NCBI GenBank assembly: GCA_047495785.1
Contig: JBLDXI010000007.1
Span: 4,092,001 to 4,156,000, forward strand
From: Lepidodermella squamata
Taxonomy: Eukaryota > Animalia > Gastrotricha
Direction of reading: 5' to 3'
Length of the DNA stretch: 64,000 nt
Below, in pieces: positions 25,001 to 36,300 of this stretch. The notes beneath the pieces are model-generated. The model saw only the letters and a program-made list of their open reading frames with translations, made no database searches and was not told the origin of the DNA. The position numbers were made by a program, and so were the translations under genes. Within the stretch, counting starts at the first letter, position 1. Every line of letters starts with the position of its first letter.

Positions 25001-26081
25001 TATAGCGACTTTCAACAAAATTTGCGAAAAAATATCTGCTGAAAAATTAGGCTTTCCTATTGGCGAGACCCCTTTGGGAGAGACCGATTTCCTAAATCTA
25101 CTGGCTTTTGCTGACGACGGGACACTATTAGGCATGAACCATGACGAAATTTCACGACTACTTAATATTTTTGATTTGGCTTGCATCGAATTGGGTTTGA
25201 AAATCAACGTGGCAAAAACTCAATATATGATTATTTCTAAGGACGAGTCGGCTGCACAAAATTATGAATTGGAACTAAACGGGAAAAAACTTGAAAAAGT
25301 GACGAAATTCAAATATTTAGGCAGTATTATTACTAGTGACGGCAAAATCGACGAGGAACTGAACTATAGGATTTCTAAGGCAGGCAGTGTTTTCGGCGCC
25401 ATGAATAAATTCATGTGCAACAAAAATCAGGTTTCCATAGCTACGAAACTTAAGGTACTGACTTGTGTTATAATACCTACCATCATTTACGCGTGCGAAT
25501 CATGGAACATATCGGTAGCCCAAGAAAACAGATTAAATACTATAGAATATCGTTGGCTCCGATCAATAGTAGGTGTTCACTTAATGGACTATATTCCTAA
25601 CATAGACATAAGGCTGGCTCTATGCGGAGGTCTCATTGAAGTGAGCCGCGTTGTTGAAAAACAACGGTTAAGGTACTTCGGACACATTGTTAGATCACGT
25701 GACTACGACGTGGAAGGACTAATTAACAAAATTTATATTTGGACGCCTCCGTTGGGATGGTTTGCACCGAGAGGACGACCCCGAACTAGATGGATCCACG
25801 GAGTGAATAGAAGTTTGATTAAAGTAGGACTGACTAAGGAATTGCGCCGGAAAAAGAAAACTAGCACTACGAATAAGGCCAAGGATAAGAAGGGCAAAAA
25901 GCCAAATAAAAAAGGGAAGGAAAAATCCGGCGAAAAGGAGTTTGAAATTAAAATTATACCAGATTTTCAACTAGCTGAAATGGCTTCTTTTGAAAAAGAT
26001 GAATGGCGCATGATTGTTAACTCGATTGAAAACTATGAATTTTTCGGAAAAAGCAAGATCTTCAACTGTGGGGGTGGGTAA
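22001..26081 (+). pseudogene. LINE ORF2 (APE endonuclease + reverse transcriptase) with insertion, internal deletion and frameshifts
   Basis: APE motifs TINITTL, AVQEL, NILS|VYAP (rejoined across the insertion), IMGDLN. RT motifs NYRGISLL, FIDLEKAYD, GLRQGCPLSPLLF, FADD, FKYLGS. RTE-type tail YACESW, YFGHI, RGRPRTRW. Confidence 0.9.
22538..23717. mobile_element. 1180-bp non-autonomous TIR element (PIF/Harbinger-like) nested in the LINE endonuclease
   Basis: 26-bp TIR GGGTACGTTTCTTTAT...CAACAGA; 3-bp TSD TCT at 22535-22537 and 23718-23720; subterminal ATTTCTTTAT repeats at both ends; removing it restores the reading frame. Confidence 0.88.
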
Positions 26082-26760
26082 GAGTTTCTCTTTGCCTGCC
26101 TTCGCCCTCTTCAAAACCGGAAACGGTACATGACGCTCAGTCTAGAAGAGGCTAAATAAAACTATTATTACATTATTACATTACCTTTAAAAGGTTGCAA
26201 GGCTGTTCAGATAAATACAGTTCTTGTTGTTAACTGCGGAAATCAAATCAGCGATTTGCCTTCAAACTTCACATACCTGATTATTGTTTCAGGAATTGCT
26301 GATAATTGCGCGTGTCAGACATCAAGAATGTCTATAATGAGGTCATTAATGCATGCAGCGTTCTGATGCAAAACTGTTGCAATGCTTGTTCCACTTTCAT
26401 TACTGTGGGCTGGAGAGGTTCACCTGTTTTTTTAGAGACATTCGTCTTCTTCGCATCACTGCGTCTGAAATAATGTTGTCTGCGATGCGTGGAAGAAGTT
26501 CAGATTTATCTTCGCATATTTTATACGCAGACAGAAAACCCCTATTCCAGCAATTAGGAAGGCAATCCCACTAGCTCATCAGAAAGGCTCACGCCAATTG
26601 GGTTTTCATAAAAAAAACAAGGATTGGATGGAATTAAAAATGTCTAACGGGCACCTGGTTTTAGCCATACTAAGGCTATTAAGGCTATTAAGGCCATATT
26701 AAGGCTCAGCCTCATCTCAAAATACTGCAAGTTTCTGCTATCTATTGTCATCATTTGAAA

Positions 26761-27411
26761 ATGGCTGATTTCAAAGGTTTGATATGGCGCTACACTTCTT
26801 AACAGTTCATATTAATCTAGTTTCTAGTGCTCTGGCTTTTGCTGTCCGTCTTCGCACTGCGAGTGTTTTCGCAAACAACAAAATCTCAGCCTTCTCCGAA
26901 AGATGACGCGCTTAAGGATGATCGAAGAAACAACAATACATCAGCCCCACCTCCCCCGAAAGGCGGAAACAACGGCAGTAATGGCACAAGACCGCCTCAA
27001 CCACCACCGAAGAATAATGGAATCGGAATTAGACTAAGCAACGGATCGCAGAGCAAAGAAAACGCAAGCCGAGCAAACCCATTGCCAAAGGCTGAAGGAA
27101 ATGGAACCAATCCAAGCGACGATTCGCAGATAAAAGACAACTCCACCCGACCCAGTCCACCACCGAAGCCCGTAAATTCGACTGATGGCAACAGTAAACC
27201 AGCCAATGGCAGTAGATCGCCGCCTATTCGTGCTGACGACAAACCTGCTAACGGCACCAGACCGGCTCCTCCTGCTGGCAGTTCTAGCGGCTCAGGATCC
27301 CGCGACGAAATGAGTAGACCTGGCTTTGGTTCTCAGTTTACGCAAAAAGATAACGGGTCGTCGGCCAAGCCAAGCATGACCACTAAAGCTACGACGAGGA
27401 GAACAAAATAA
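26761..27411 (+). CDS. Secreted Pro/Asn/Ser-rich low-complexity glycoprotein; intron 26777-26827
   Basis: Spliced signal MADFKVLWLLLSVFALRVFS; repeated N-x-[ST]-R-P-like sequons. Confidence 0.65.
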
Positions 27412-28233
27412 AAAAGCAGCTGAGTATCGTGAAAAATGAATCCCGATTTCCTAAGCCGTAGCATTAATCCTTTTATGAATCCTATATACATATAATATAA
27501 TATTAGTTCATGATTTTCTAGCGAATTTCTATCCTAAATAACAGTTTTCGTAGTAAATTATAATACGTCCTTATTCGATGCATCGCGACAAATGAGATAT
27601 ATTCGACAGCTTTTGTCTTTGAATCATGGGAAAGGATGAAGGGCTGGATCTTGGCAGGTTTAATTTAGGAACAACTAAAGCGAAACTGCAGGATCATCTG
27701 TCAAGTGCACGATGCACGATGAAGTAGGATGATGAAATGCTAATCCTAACAAGGAACTCATACTCATTAACCAACTCTAAAAGGGCCATTGATGATATAA
27801 TAGTCATTACAAAAGTATCTAACTTGAACGGTAAAAAACTGTTTACAAGTGAACTGTACTGAAAGAATGCACCCGGTAATTGCCTCACTGATGATCACTC
27901 CAGGCCAATCCTTCGATGAATTCAAAATTGAACAAAAAGCGGTAATAAAAAATTCGATAAACGCTCGCGAAAACTTCGATTTTCAACTAACTCTTGATGT
28001 TATTGGCGTTAAGATGTCTGCTCAATACTTAGGTAATTCTTTTCCGAAATTTAGAGCATTATTGCTGCAGATTTTCTCATGAGCATCAGCCTCAATGGGA
28101 GTCATGTCGCTTCGGATTTGATTTTTCAGTACACAGGATGCCAATCCTTTCGAATATCTGGAATAGTGTGCATTTGCCAAGCAAGTACACTCATAGTTTT
28201 AGCCTAAGCGAAAATTACTAGAAAAAATTCACT

Positions 28234-28813
28234 ATGGCCAGGACAATTGCAGGTGAGTTGGAAAACTTGAAAATTGAACCTTGAATTTTATTCGGCGTTA
28301 TTATTCGATCTAGTCGTTTCATGCTTTGCAGTAGTTGTTGCGCTGGGGTTCAGCCAAAATACGACAGTTTCAATAGCAGCGTCTCAAAATCGGTCGAATA
28401 GCTCAACGCCTACAACTCGAGCAACAACTACAACACAACTGACAGAATCCACTCGCCCGACCCTTGCGACGTTCAGATTTCCGCAGTTTCAAAACTTGCC
28501 ATCATCAACATCAACGCCGCGGCTGCAAAGCTTAGCCACGTTCTTCTGGGGGGCCTCGAACTATAAAAGTGAGACGAGTTCATCGACACGTCCGGTTCCA
28601 ACTGAGACTGCTCGGACTTTGCCTGGTATACCTACGGCGAGATCGACTAGAATGTCGTCGAGACCTAGAATGTCGTCGGCAGTTACGACGAAATCTCAGG
28701 CTAACGCAACTACGGTGAAACCGAATTCTACAATGTCAACGCCAGCTGAACCCACAACTACAGTCACGCATAGACCAGAAGATGATGAAGTTGATGACCC
28801 GAGCCAAAGTTAG
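28234..28813 (+). CDS. Secreted Ser/Thr-rich mucin-like protein; intron 28253-28313
   Basis: Spliced signal MARTIAVVSCFAVVVALGFS; same short exon 1 and phase-1 intron as the 26761 gene. Confidence 0.65.
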
Positions 28814-29485
28814 GGCTTTTGTGTCAATCCCAGGGTTCATTAATGTCTAAGAATGTCCAAGTTAGAGTTTCAGAGTTCAAAAATTTCTTCTGGATCACAA
28901 AACACTCAAGCCCCTTGCTCTTGAGAGCATCTGAATCGTACACTAAAAACGTCTTCCAATAATTTTTCCAAGCCGAGATCTTTTGAAGAAAATTATTCAC
29001 TCCCCCTTCTCCCGCTCTACCCTGAGCAGCCAACAAATAAATCCTGCAATAACCGTATTGTATTACTTAAAAATATGATTTTTATTTTCATTTCCTACGG
29101 CGCAATCTTAGACAATTGAGGAGCTTTTCGAATACCCTTTGATCACCCTCTCCCCGTATATCCTCGTGTTAAATCGGTATTCTTGTTCCATTATCTATAT
29201 TGGCTCTATGATTAGAGTACAGGTTTCTTTTTATGGGATTTTCATGAGTTTTTATGAAGAACATAATTTCTAATTTGTATCGAATGTATTAAGCTGTGCC
29301 TCCAATTTGAAAAAATAAACGTGGTGAAAGACTTTTCATAGATTCTTCAATAATAATGTGTCCACTCATCCGGAACTCGAGATGAGTGGACACGCTGAGT
29401 TGGAACCCGTTATTCCAGGGTGGCTGTTTCTCGCGATATCGTAACGCGCGTTCGAGTACGCGCGGGTGGGAGTTCGGCATTCTCG

Positions 29486-29892
29486 TCACAACGAGGTCAA
29501 AAGGGCCATAGATTGTCCGCCCCAGAACTCGCTTCTGCCTAAGAATGGCGCGCATCTCGTACGACAGCCGAGGTGATCTATCCGTAACATAATTAACCCG
29601 AGCCGAGTGGCGACATGTTGAAGCTTGTATCCATTAGGGTTCCACAGGTCAGTCGCGCCCCAGATCGGAGACTTTGCATTGAGGTCCCCTGCAAAAACGC
29701 AAGGGGTGTGATCGGCATTCGCCTCTTCAAATTCGCGTTCGAGAAGTCTAAATCGGACGACGGAGGACAATATCCGGTGACGGGGACAGCGTCCAGACGG
29801 AGCCATTCGCTATGCTTGCGACACAACATCGCCAGTTTGCGCTCGCTAAGGACCGTGACGCCCTCCCGAACAAGGAAGGCAGCTCCGCGCAC
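29486..29892 (-). pseudogene. Frameshifted EEP/APE-type endonuclease fragment of non-LTR retrotransposon type
   Basis: RGAAFLVREG, GYCPP and CVFAGDLNAKSPIWG...NPNG motifs across two frames. No RT nearby. Confidence 0.6.
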
Positions 29893-30484
29893 GACCCCCT
29901 GTACAGTAATTTGTCCGGGGCCTGCTCCCTACCACACCTGAAGACGGCGAAATGATCGAAGAACACAGAAGTAAGAGAGAGATGTCGTAGGTTTCGCTTA
30001 AAACACATAAATGCATCAATTAAGTTAGATATATACGTAATTTCGATAGGCTTGCCATTGGCGCCTTGAGGGTTCCACTACATCATAGAGGCGGGAATGA
30101 GCTCACCTGGTAAGCGCGATCAGCCGCTACAGCGTCGGACAAGGCGTCCAGTTGAAGCTGGATATTCTTGAGCAGAGAAGAGATGCCTGCAACAGCGGCA
30201 CAGAGCTGTGAAGACGAAGACGACTCGGTGCCGGGGGTAACCACGGAACCAGAGGGGGTGATGGGGGATTCTTTATTCATCTTCGGTTCCTGCGGAACCT
30301 CGATTCATACAGTCATTCGTACAAGAAAAGTGTTTCTGTATTCTGAGTAAATCCGAGATTGCTTTTCTCCTCTGTATCTGCTAAAAACTCGGAGAAACGT
30401 AGCTAGAAAGTGCGGGAAAAAGTGATCTTGTACGCCATTTATATAGGAAAATGCGAAAATAAAAAGTCCATCTTAATAAAAGTG

Positions 30485-32634
30485 TTTCTGTATTGTACAG
30501 GAATACAGAAATTAAGGAATTCTTCCCGGTGTTGAGGGCAGAACCGAGAATTCTGCCCGCTGAAAATGCCCGAGGGCGTAGCGGAGCGCAGCGAAGCGAA
30601 GCCCGAGGGTATTTTCAAGGGCTGAATTCGAGGTTTTGCCCGAGACACAAGGGAAGAGTTCCTGTTCCTTCCCAGTTGGTTATTTTCGTTAATCCGACAC
30701 TCGGACGAGTGAAAATGGGGAATGGTGTATAGTGCGTATGAAAGATGACCGTTGTTAATAACGAAAATAAGAAATCCAGCTTAAAATTTGTAGCAAATTT
30801 TTTTTTGAATTTTTTTTGTTCGTTGTTCATTTCCTTGTTTTATTATCAATTGAATATTGCGAATTTCCGTCGAATTTTCAATGGAGATCACTTTTGATAT
30901 TGGCGACCTGGGCCTCGGTGCTCTCGCTGACGGCTCCGTGGAAGTGAAAGAGCGCGAAGAATCCGATCCAATTCGACTTCTCGAACGAGAACTTGATGCT
31001 GATATCGAAGAAGAAGAATCCGATGAAGAGGGTGATACGTCGGAGTTCATTCAAGAAGTCGAAAATTTCGTGGCTGGTTTTGAAGCAAACGGCACAGCTC
31101 AGAAAACCAAGCAGCACTGGAGCCGATTTGTCGAGCAGCGATTCCACATTTCGGAGCAACTATTAGTTGAACTTACGGTCAAGGATATGGATCTCTATGT
31201 CGCTCTTTTTCTCAAGCAGTTGACGAAGACTGATGGTAGCGCGATGGAGCCGACAACGATTCGAGGCATTTATTCCTCCATCATTCGCCATCTCCGCGAT
31301 GTGACGAAGAACGAAATCAACTTCACCATGGCGAGAGTCGATTTCTTCTATAGCATGAAAATGCTGAAATCCAAGTTTGTCGAATCTAAGCGTGCTGGAA
31401 AGGGAAATAAAGCCCGAGCATCTGAATGCCTAGAACGAGAAGATATTGATAAAATGCGTGAGGCGAAAACGCTGACTGATGACACGCCAATCGGTTTGAT
31501 CACGATGCTGTGGCTGGTTTTCACCGTGTATTTCGGTCTTCGTGGCCGTGATGAACATCTACAAATGAAGTAGGTTGTTGGATTGCCATTGAAAAATTGT
31601 TAAATTGGCCGTTTTCAGGTTTGGTGATGTCCAGCTAAAAACCGAATCTGGAGGTCGCAGGTATCTCGAATTCAACGAGCGACAGACTAAAACCAGGAAT
31701 GGCGAATCAACCCACTCAAAACTGGCACCACGAGCATACGAGAACGGTGGCTTTTTCTGCCCGGTTCGATTGTTCCTTATTTTTTGTGCAAAACGACCGG
31801 GAAAGTTTTCGCGCCCGAGTGACCCAATGTATGTTGGTTGCCTGACCCGATTTCGACCCGACGGCCTCTTCTACAAATGCCAAAATTTGGGCAAGAACCC
31901 CCTTGGATCGCTCCTCAAGGACGCCGCTGTCGGTGCTGGTATTACCAAACGAATCACGAACCACTCGGCTCGAAAGTTTCTCGTCTCAACCCTCTCTGAA
32001 CTCGGTGTCGATTCTCGAAAGATCATCCAGATTACTGGTCATGCATCGGTCGATTCTCTGAACAGTTACCACAAACTCAACACCTCTGAACGACGAAGTA
32101 TCAGCGACAAACTGGCTGTCGGTTTCGGTGATGGACAATCAGCTGCAGTTTCGGGTGTGTCTGCACAAGAGATCAAGCCAACCGAAGGATTGGTGGTGGC
32201 CGAGTCGCATTTCTCGCAAACGCTGCTGCTTCGAAACGTCGAAAATGACCCGCGCGATGAGCCACCCGTAAAGCAAGCTAAACCCATGCCGATCTTCAAT
32301 TTCTCGAATTGCTCCGTCGTTATTAACAATTAATCCGGCCCAAACACTTGTTTTAAAGTTTAAACATTCTAATAAAGGTTATTCACTTGTTCACTCGTTT
32401 GGTCAGAGTCTGAAGGTTGTAGTAAAGGGACTGGGAACGGAAATTGAAGTTGTGCAACATTATTTCAGGTGAGAGGTTTTCCCGAATTTTCGAGAGCATC
32501 AATTGATTTTCGAAAATAAAAAATCCACCCTAATCGTTTGAGCGGGCAGAAACAGCGGGCAGAAACATCGGGCAGAATCACTTTTTCCGTCTAGGCAAAA
32601 AATAACCAACTGGGCAGGAACACTATTTCTGTAT
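30485..32634 (+). mobile_element. Crypton-type tyrosine-recombinase DNA transposon
   Basis: YR gene flanked by 24-bp inverted repeats (30663-30686 and 32599-32622, 23/24 identical); terminal ATACAGAAAT (30503) and ATTTCTGTAT (32625); GCCCGAGGG direct repeats near the left end. Confidence 0.75.
30881..32333 (+). CDS. Crypton tyrosine recombinase (DUF3504-like), 467 aa; intron 31570-31618
   Basis: Spliced FGLRGRDEHLQMK|FGD; catalytic R (LRG), K (TKT), HxxR (NHSAR), H (TGH) and Y (LNSY) all present; CPV motif. Confidence 0.88.
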
Positions 32635-32730
32635 CGTTTTTTAGCCTCAATCATAGGAGAATTAAGTACTACGACGAGGAGCAATAAAATAAGGCTGATT
32701 CCATCACCAGTATTATTTCGCACAATGGGT

Positions 32731-32862
32731 TTGTCGCGCGACAACGTGTCTCAACCGTGACTATCTATGCGAGTCGCTCGGCTGTTTCAGCGCGACAAGT
32801 GCGCGACAGTCGCGATGTCGCGCGCGACAGTGTCGCCGTGTCGCCGAGTCTGTGAACCCACC
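32731..32862. mobile_element. Possible right end of a Harbinger-like MITE
   Basis: Clustered GTCGCG/CGCGAC motifs ending GTCTGTGAACCCACC then TTAA. No left end found. Confidence 0.3.
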
Positions 32863-33386
32863 TTAAATCTTCATAAAGCTTCACTTCTGAACCTTGTCCG
32901 GTTTTGATGAGAAATTGTGTTAACTTAACAAAATCAAAAACATATTATTTGTATCATCCTAAAATTTTTTTAAAATTGGCTGTCTTCGTGTTTGTAATAT
33001 CTAGCTTTTCCGAATGTGTCTCGAATTTTTTTAATTTCACACCGACTTCAAAACAAATGTCGGAAATTGGTGCGAAAAGAGTTGTGCGTGATTTACAAAC
33101 AAGTGTCCGAATATTATTAGTTGAAAAGACGGTCGTGCGACTTGAAATCGTATGGGTTCACGCACGTGATTTAGAGGCTGTTTACGCGAATTTGATTCAA
33201 CAATTTTCAATATTAAAAATGCTTACTACATACTAAAAAACATCTGGTCTATCACTTCAATTTACATTTATTCCAGTCCAACATCAAAGTGGTTACATCA
33301 GCTCTGTAATACTTGAATTGTCAAGAGCGATTTAAAGGAAAGAATTGCTCATAGATTCACTCGTCAAGTATCTTTCTACTTCTTAG

Positions 33387-36300
33387 ATGTTAAGTAGCTC
33401 AATCATTGTTTTTGTGTTCGCTGTCGACGTGGCCGGATCGGCTTTCCTCCCGTCCGTGGCGGATGTGCGTGATTTCCGAAGTATGACCGCAATGCTGGAG
33501 CGCATGAAAATGAAATTGCAGTCGGACAACGACGCCTTTGATGCCCCACCACTTCTTCGAAACGCCCCTACTCCGCCTAATTCTCTCCTATCGCCGATAC
33601 AGATATATTTCGGCAACACTTCAGACCCTGAATGGGCTGGCAAGGGCTACACCGAAGTTGGTAAGTCCAAATCAATACTCAGATATTAAACGTTTTTTGG
33701 TGGAGCCTCTGAATAGCTTCGTTCTTAGGCTAGTGAGGATGAGCAATTTCTGAGTACTCACAGACGTGTATAATAGATTATGGGTAACTTATTTCATACT
33801 GAGACCAAAGGTATTTTTTAAGACCAATAAAGAAAGACGTATAATGTATACCTAATTACAATTAAGCCCGGCTTTTTCATTGGTTGCTATCACCTGGCGT
33901 TCTACAATGAGCTTTTCTCCCGCCAAAGTCAACGATGATAAATGATAAATACTTGTCAGTGGTAAAACTAAAAGTAGTCAAATATTAAATAATTTCAGGT
34001 CTTTGAAATCAGGTGATAATAATGAATTGTGCATATTTTCAGGCCCTTTGGTTCGAGCGGAATTCTTGAAGTTACAAGCAGAACTGTCCGGCGCTACCTG
34101 TATTAAATTTGAAAATCCAACCTCCCTCTCTCCGGGCAGCAAAGGCCTGGCAGTTTTCGCCGACATTAATGATAAGTACGACTTGATAAATACTCAACTT
34201 CTTTGATATCTTTTTTTGGCTTCATCCAGCTCTGGGAATTCTAAAATCGAACCCGACACATTGCTGATAGGCCTGCCAGATGACGCTTTGGAGGAAGTGG
34301 TATGTTATCACTTTTTCACTTATACCTAGTTCATTTTTTTATCAGAATTGAACTATGAACTAGAGCTCGTGAGTCATAAATATTCTCCACGTTTTTGTCG
34401 ATTTGATGTGTCGATTTTCGGTACCGGATTTCATCAAATAATAGCCATGTATTTTTTTCCGAACTCGAAAAATAGTGAAAAAATAAGGGCAATTATTAGA
34501 GGGGGCTATTGTTCGAGGGAGGCAATTATTAACCTGGTACGTCACATCAACACTTTAATGAAGCCCATGAAGTGATATGATCAGCATCTAAACCAGGTTG
34601 GTTTTCCTGTTTGTTTTCGCCGTATCGCTATTATTCGAGGCGGGCTATTATTAACCTTCGGACCCAATATTTAAGTGCCTTTTTGGGGCTATTTTTCGAG
34701 GGGGTAATTGTTGGAGGTAGGATACTATTCGAAGAAATACGGTACGTAATAGATGATGCGGATTTTTCTATACATAGTTGATTGTTAGTATGTGTGAATG
34801 TTATCGAATAATATACCTAGTGAACACAATGTAACGATTCAATAAAATGTCACTATGGATTTACTTGCAAAAATAGAGAAATTGGGTCCCCGTCACCGTC
34901 TTCTCATTGATGGGCTTCATATCGGAACTATATCGACCTGACTACCGCGATTTCATGCAGGTGCATCCTGTATTTCAAGAAATGTAAGTAAACGTTAGCC
35001 TAAATTCCATCGGCCTATTCAAAATTCAATCTTCCTGCAGTCTTGACCGTGTTATACCACAGCTACCTGGTGGCATGTCTTTCGGCCTGCCGTTCGACTA
35101 TGACTCCGGAACTCTGTTTCCTATATTAGCTCAAAATGAAACCCGTTTGCTGCTACACCCCTACGACTTGCGATACCTGTCAAGTTTCGGGCATCACAAC
35201 TACATGTCTCATTACGATCTACTGAAAATTAACATTCTTTACAACTGCCCCGGTATGCTTTTCGGCGATCGTTATAAAATTTCATCTCCAATTCTCCGAT
35301 TCTTATAGCTGAGCCTATAATAGTGGACGTGAAATTCATGTTGCTAGGATTAATTTGAATATTATGACAGCTGGGATGATAATGCTCCCAACATTTGTCT
35401 TATTTTTCCGAGACCCATTACATGATCTTGTAGTCCAGATGATTTTGGCCTGCCTTAATAGGACGGTATAGGATGAGTCTGACGACAACAGTGATTATTT
35501 TTCAGCTGGACCGAATTGCAACTCGACAAAATGTGAGAATGATGGCTATCCGAATCCGGCGAAAAACTGCACAATGTGCCAGTGTCCGTTCGGTTTCGCA
35601 GGCCCGCTGTGCGAAACCTTCGCACCGGCCGTACCGCCCGGCAGCTGCGGAGGCCTAGTTACAGTCCCGCCTTGCAGCAAAGCTACCATCGTATCTCCGG
35701 CGACATACACTGCTGGCAGCAGTTGTTCGTGGCTCGTTTCAACCGTTAGTCTAACAAAGTCTTAACAGTTCACGCTCGCATATGTGGCACCTCCGCAAAA
35801 TTTTATGATTTCGTTGTTCGCTGTATGAACTATTTCTTATTCAAACAGGAAGCTGACAGCGGTTTAATTTTCGTATTCGAGCAAAGGCCTAACCTACAAT
35901 GCTCAGAATGTAAGTGCATAGTTGATAAATTAGCCTTGCCTAATACATACTTTTTCTCTTCAACAGCTACAAAGGTTTGTGACGATTTCGTGCTAATTCG
36001 CGATCTTGGCACGGGTGGCTACCCAGGATTCAAGTAAGATTTCTTAGCGCTAGTACCTGGAAAAGTTTAGAGATTTGAAATGTGAGAGAGGAATTTATTG
36101 ATATGGACGAATGAATTGCTGATTAATGTCACTTATATCGAATTGGTTTTTCAGATTTTGTTCCTGTGGCATCAGCAGCGGCCGTGTTTTTGTCACAGAC
36201 AAGCCTAAAGCCATGGTGCATATGCAGGCGATTGTCGGACAGCAGTCGCCGGATCAGGGCTTCAAGCTTGTTGTCTACGCGACTTGCAAGGGCGTTAAAG

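Larger units (their letters stand above)
21093..26182 (+). mobile_element. Non-LTR retrotransposon (RTE/RTEX-like LINE with ORF1), both ends present, now disrupted
   Basis: ORF1 + APE + RT. 3' AATAAA followed by (TATTACAT)-like repeats. 13-bp TSD ACCTTTAAAAGGT at 21080-21092 and 26183-26195. Confidence 0.9.

Noticed and set aside
27780-27890. IDDIIVIT...FTSELY, reminiscent of a Penelope-type RT
   Set aside because: Two short motifs with wrong spacing and stops; insufficient.
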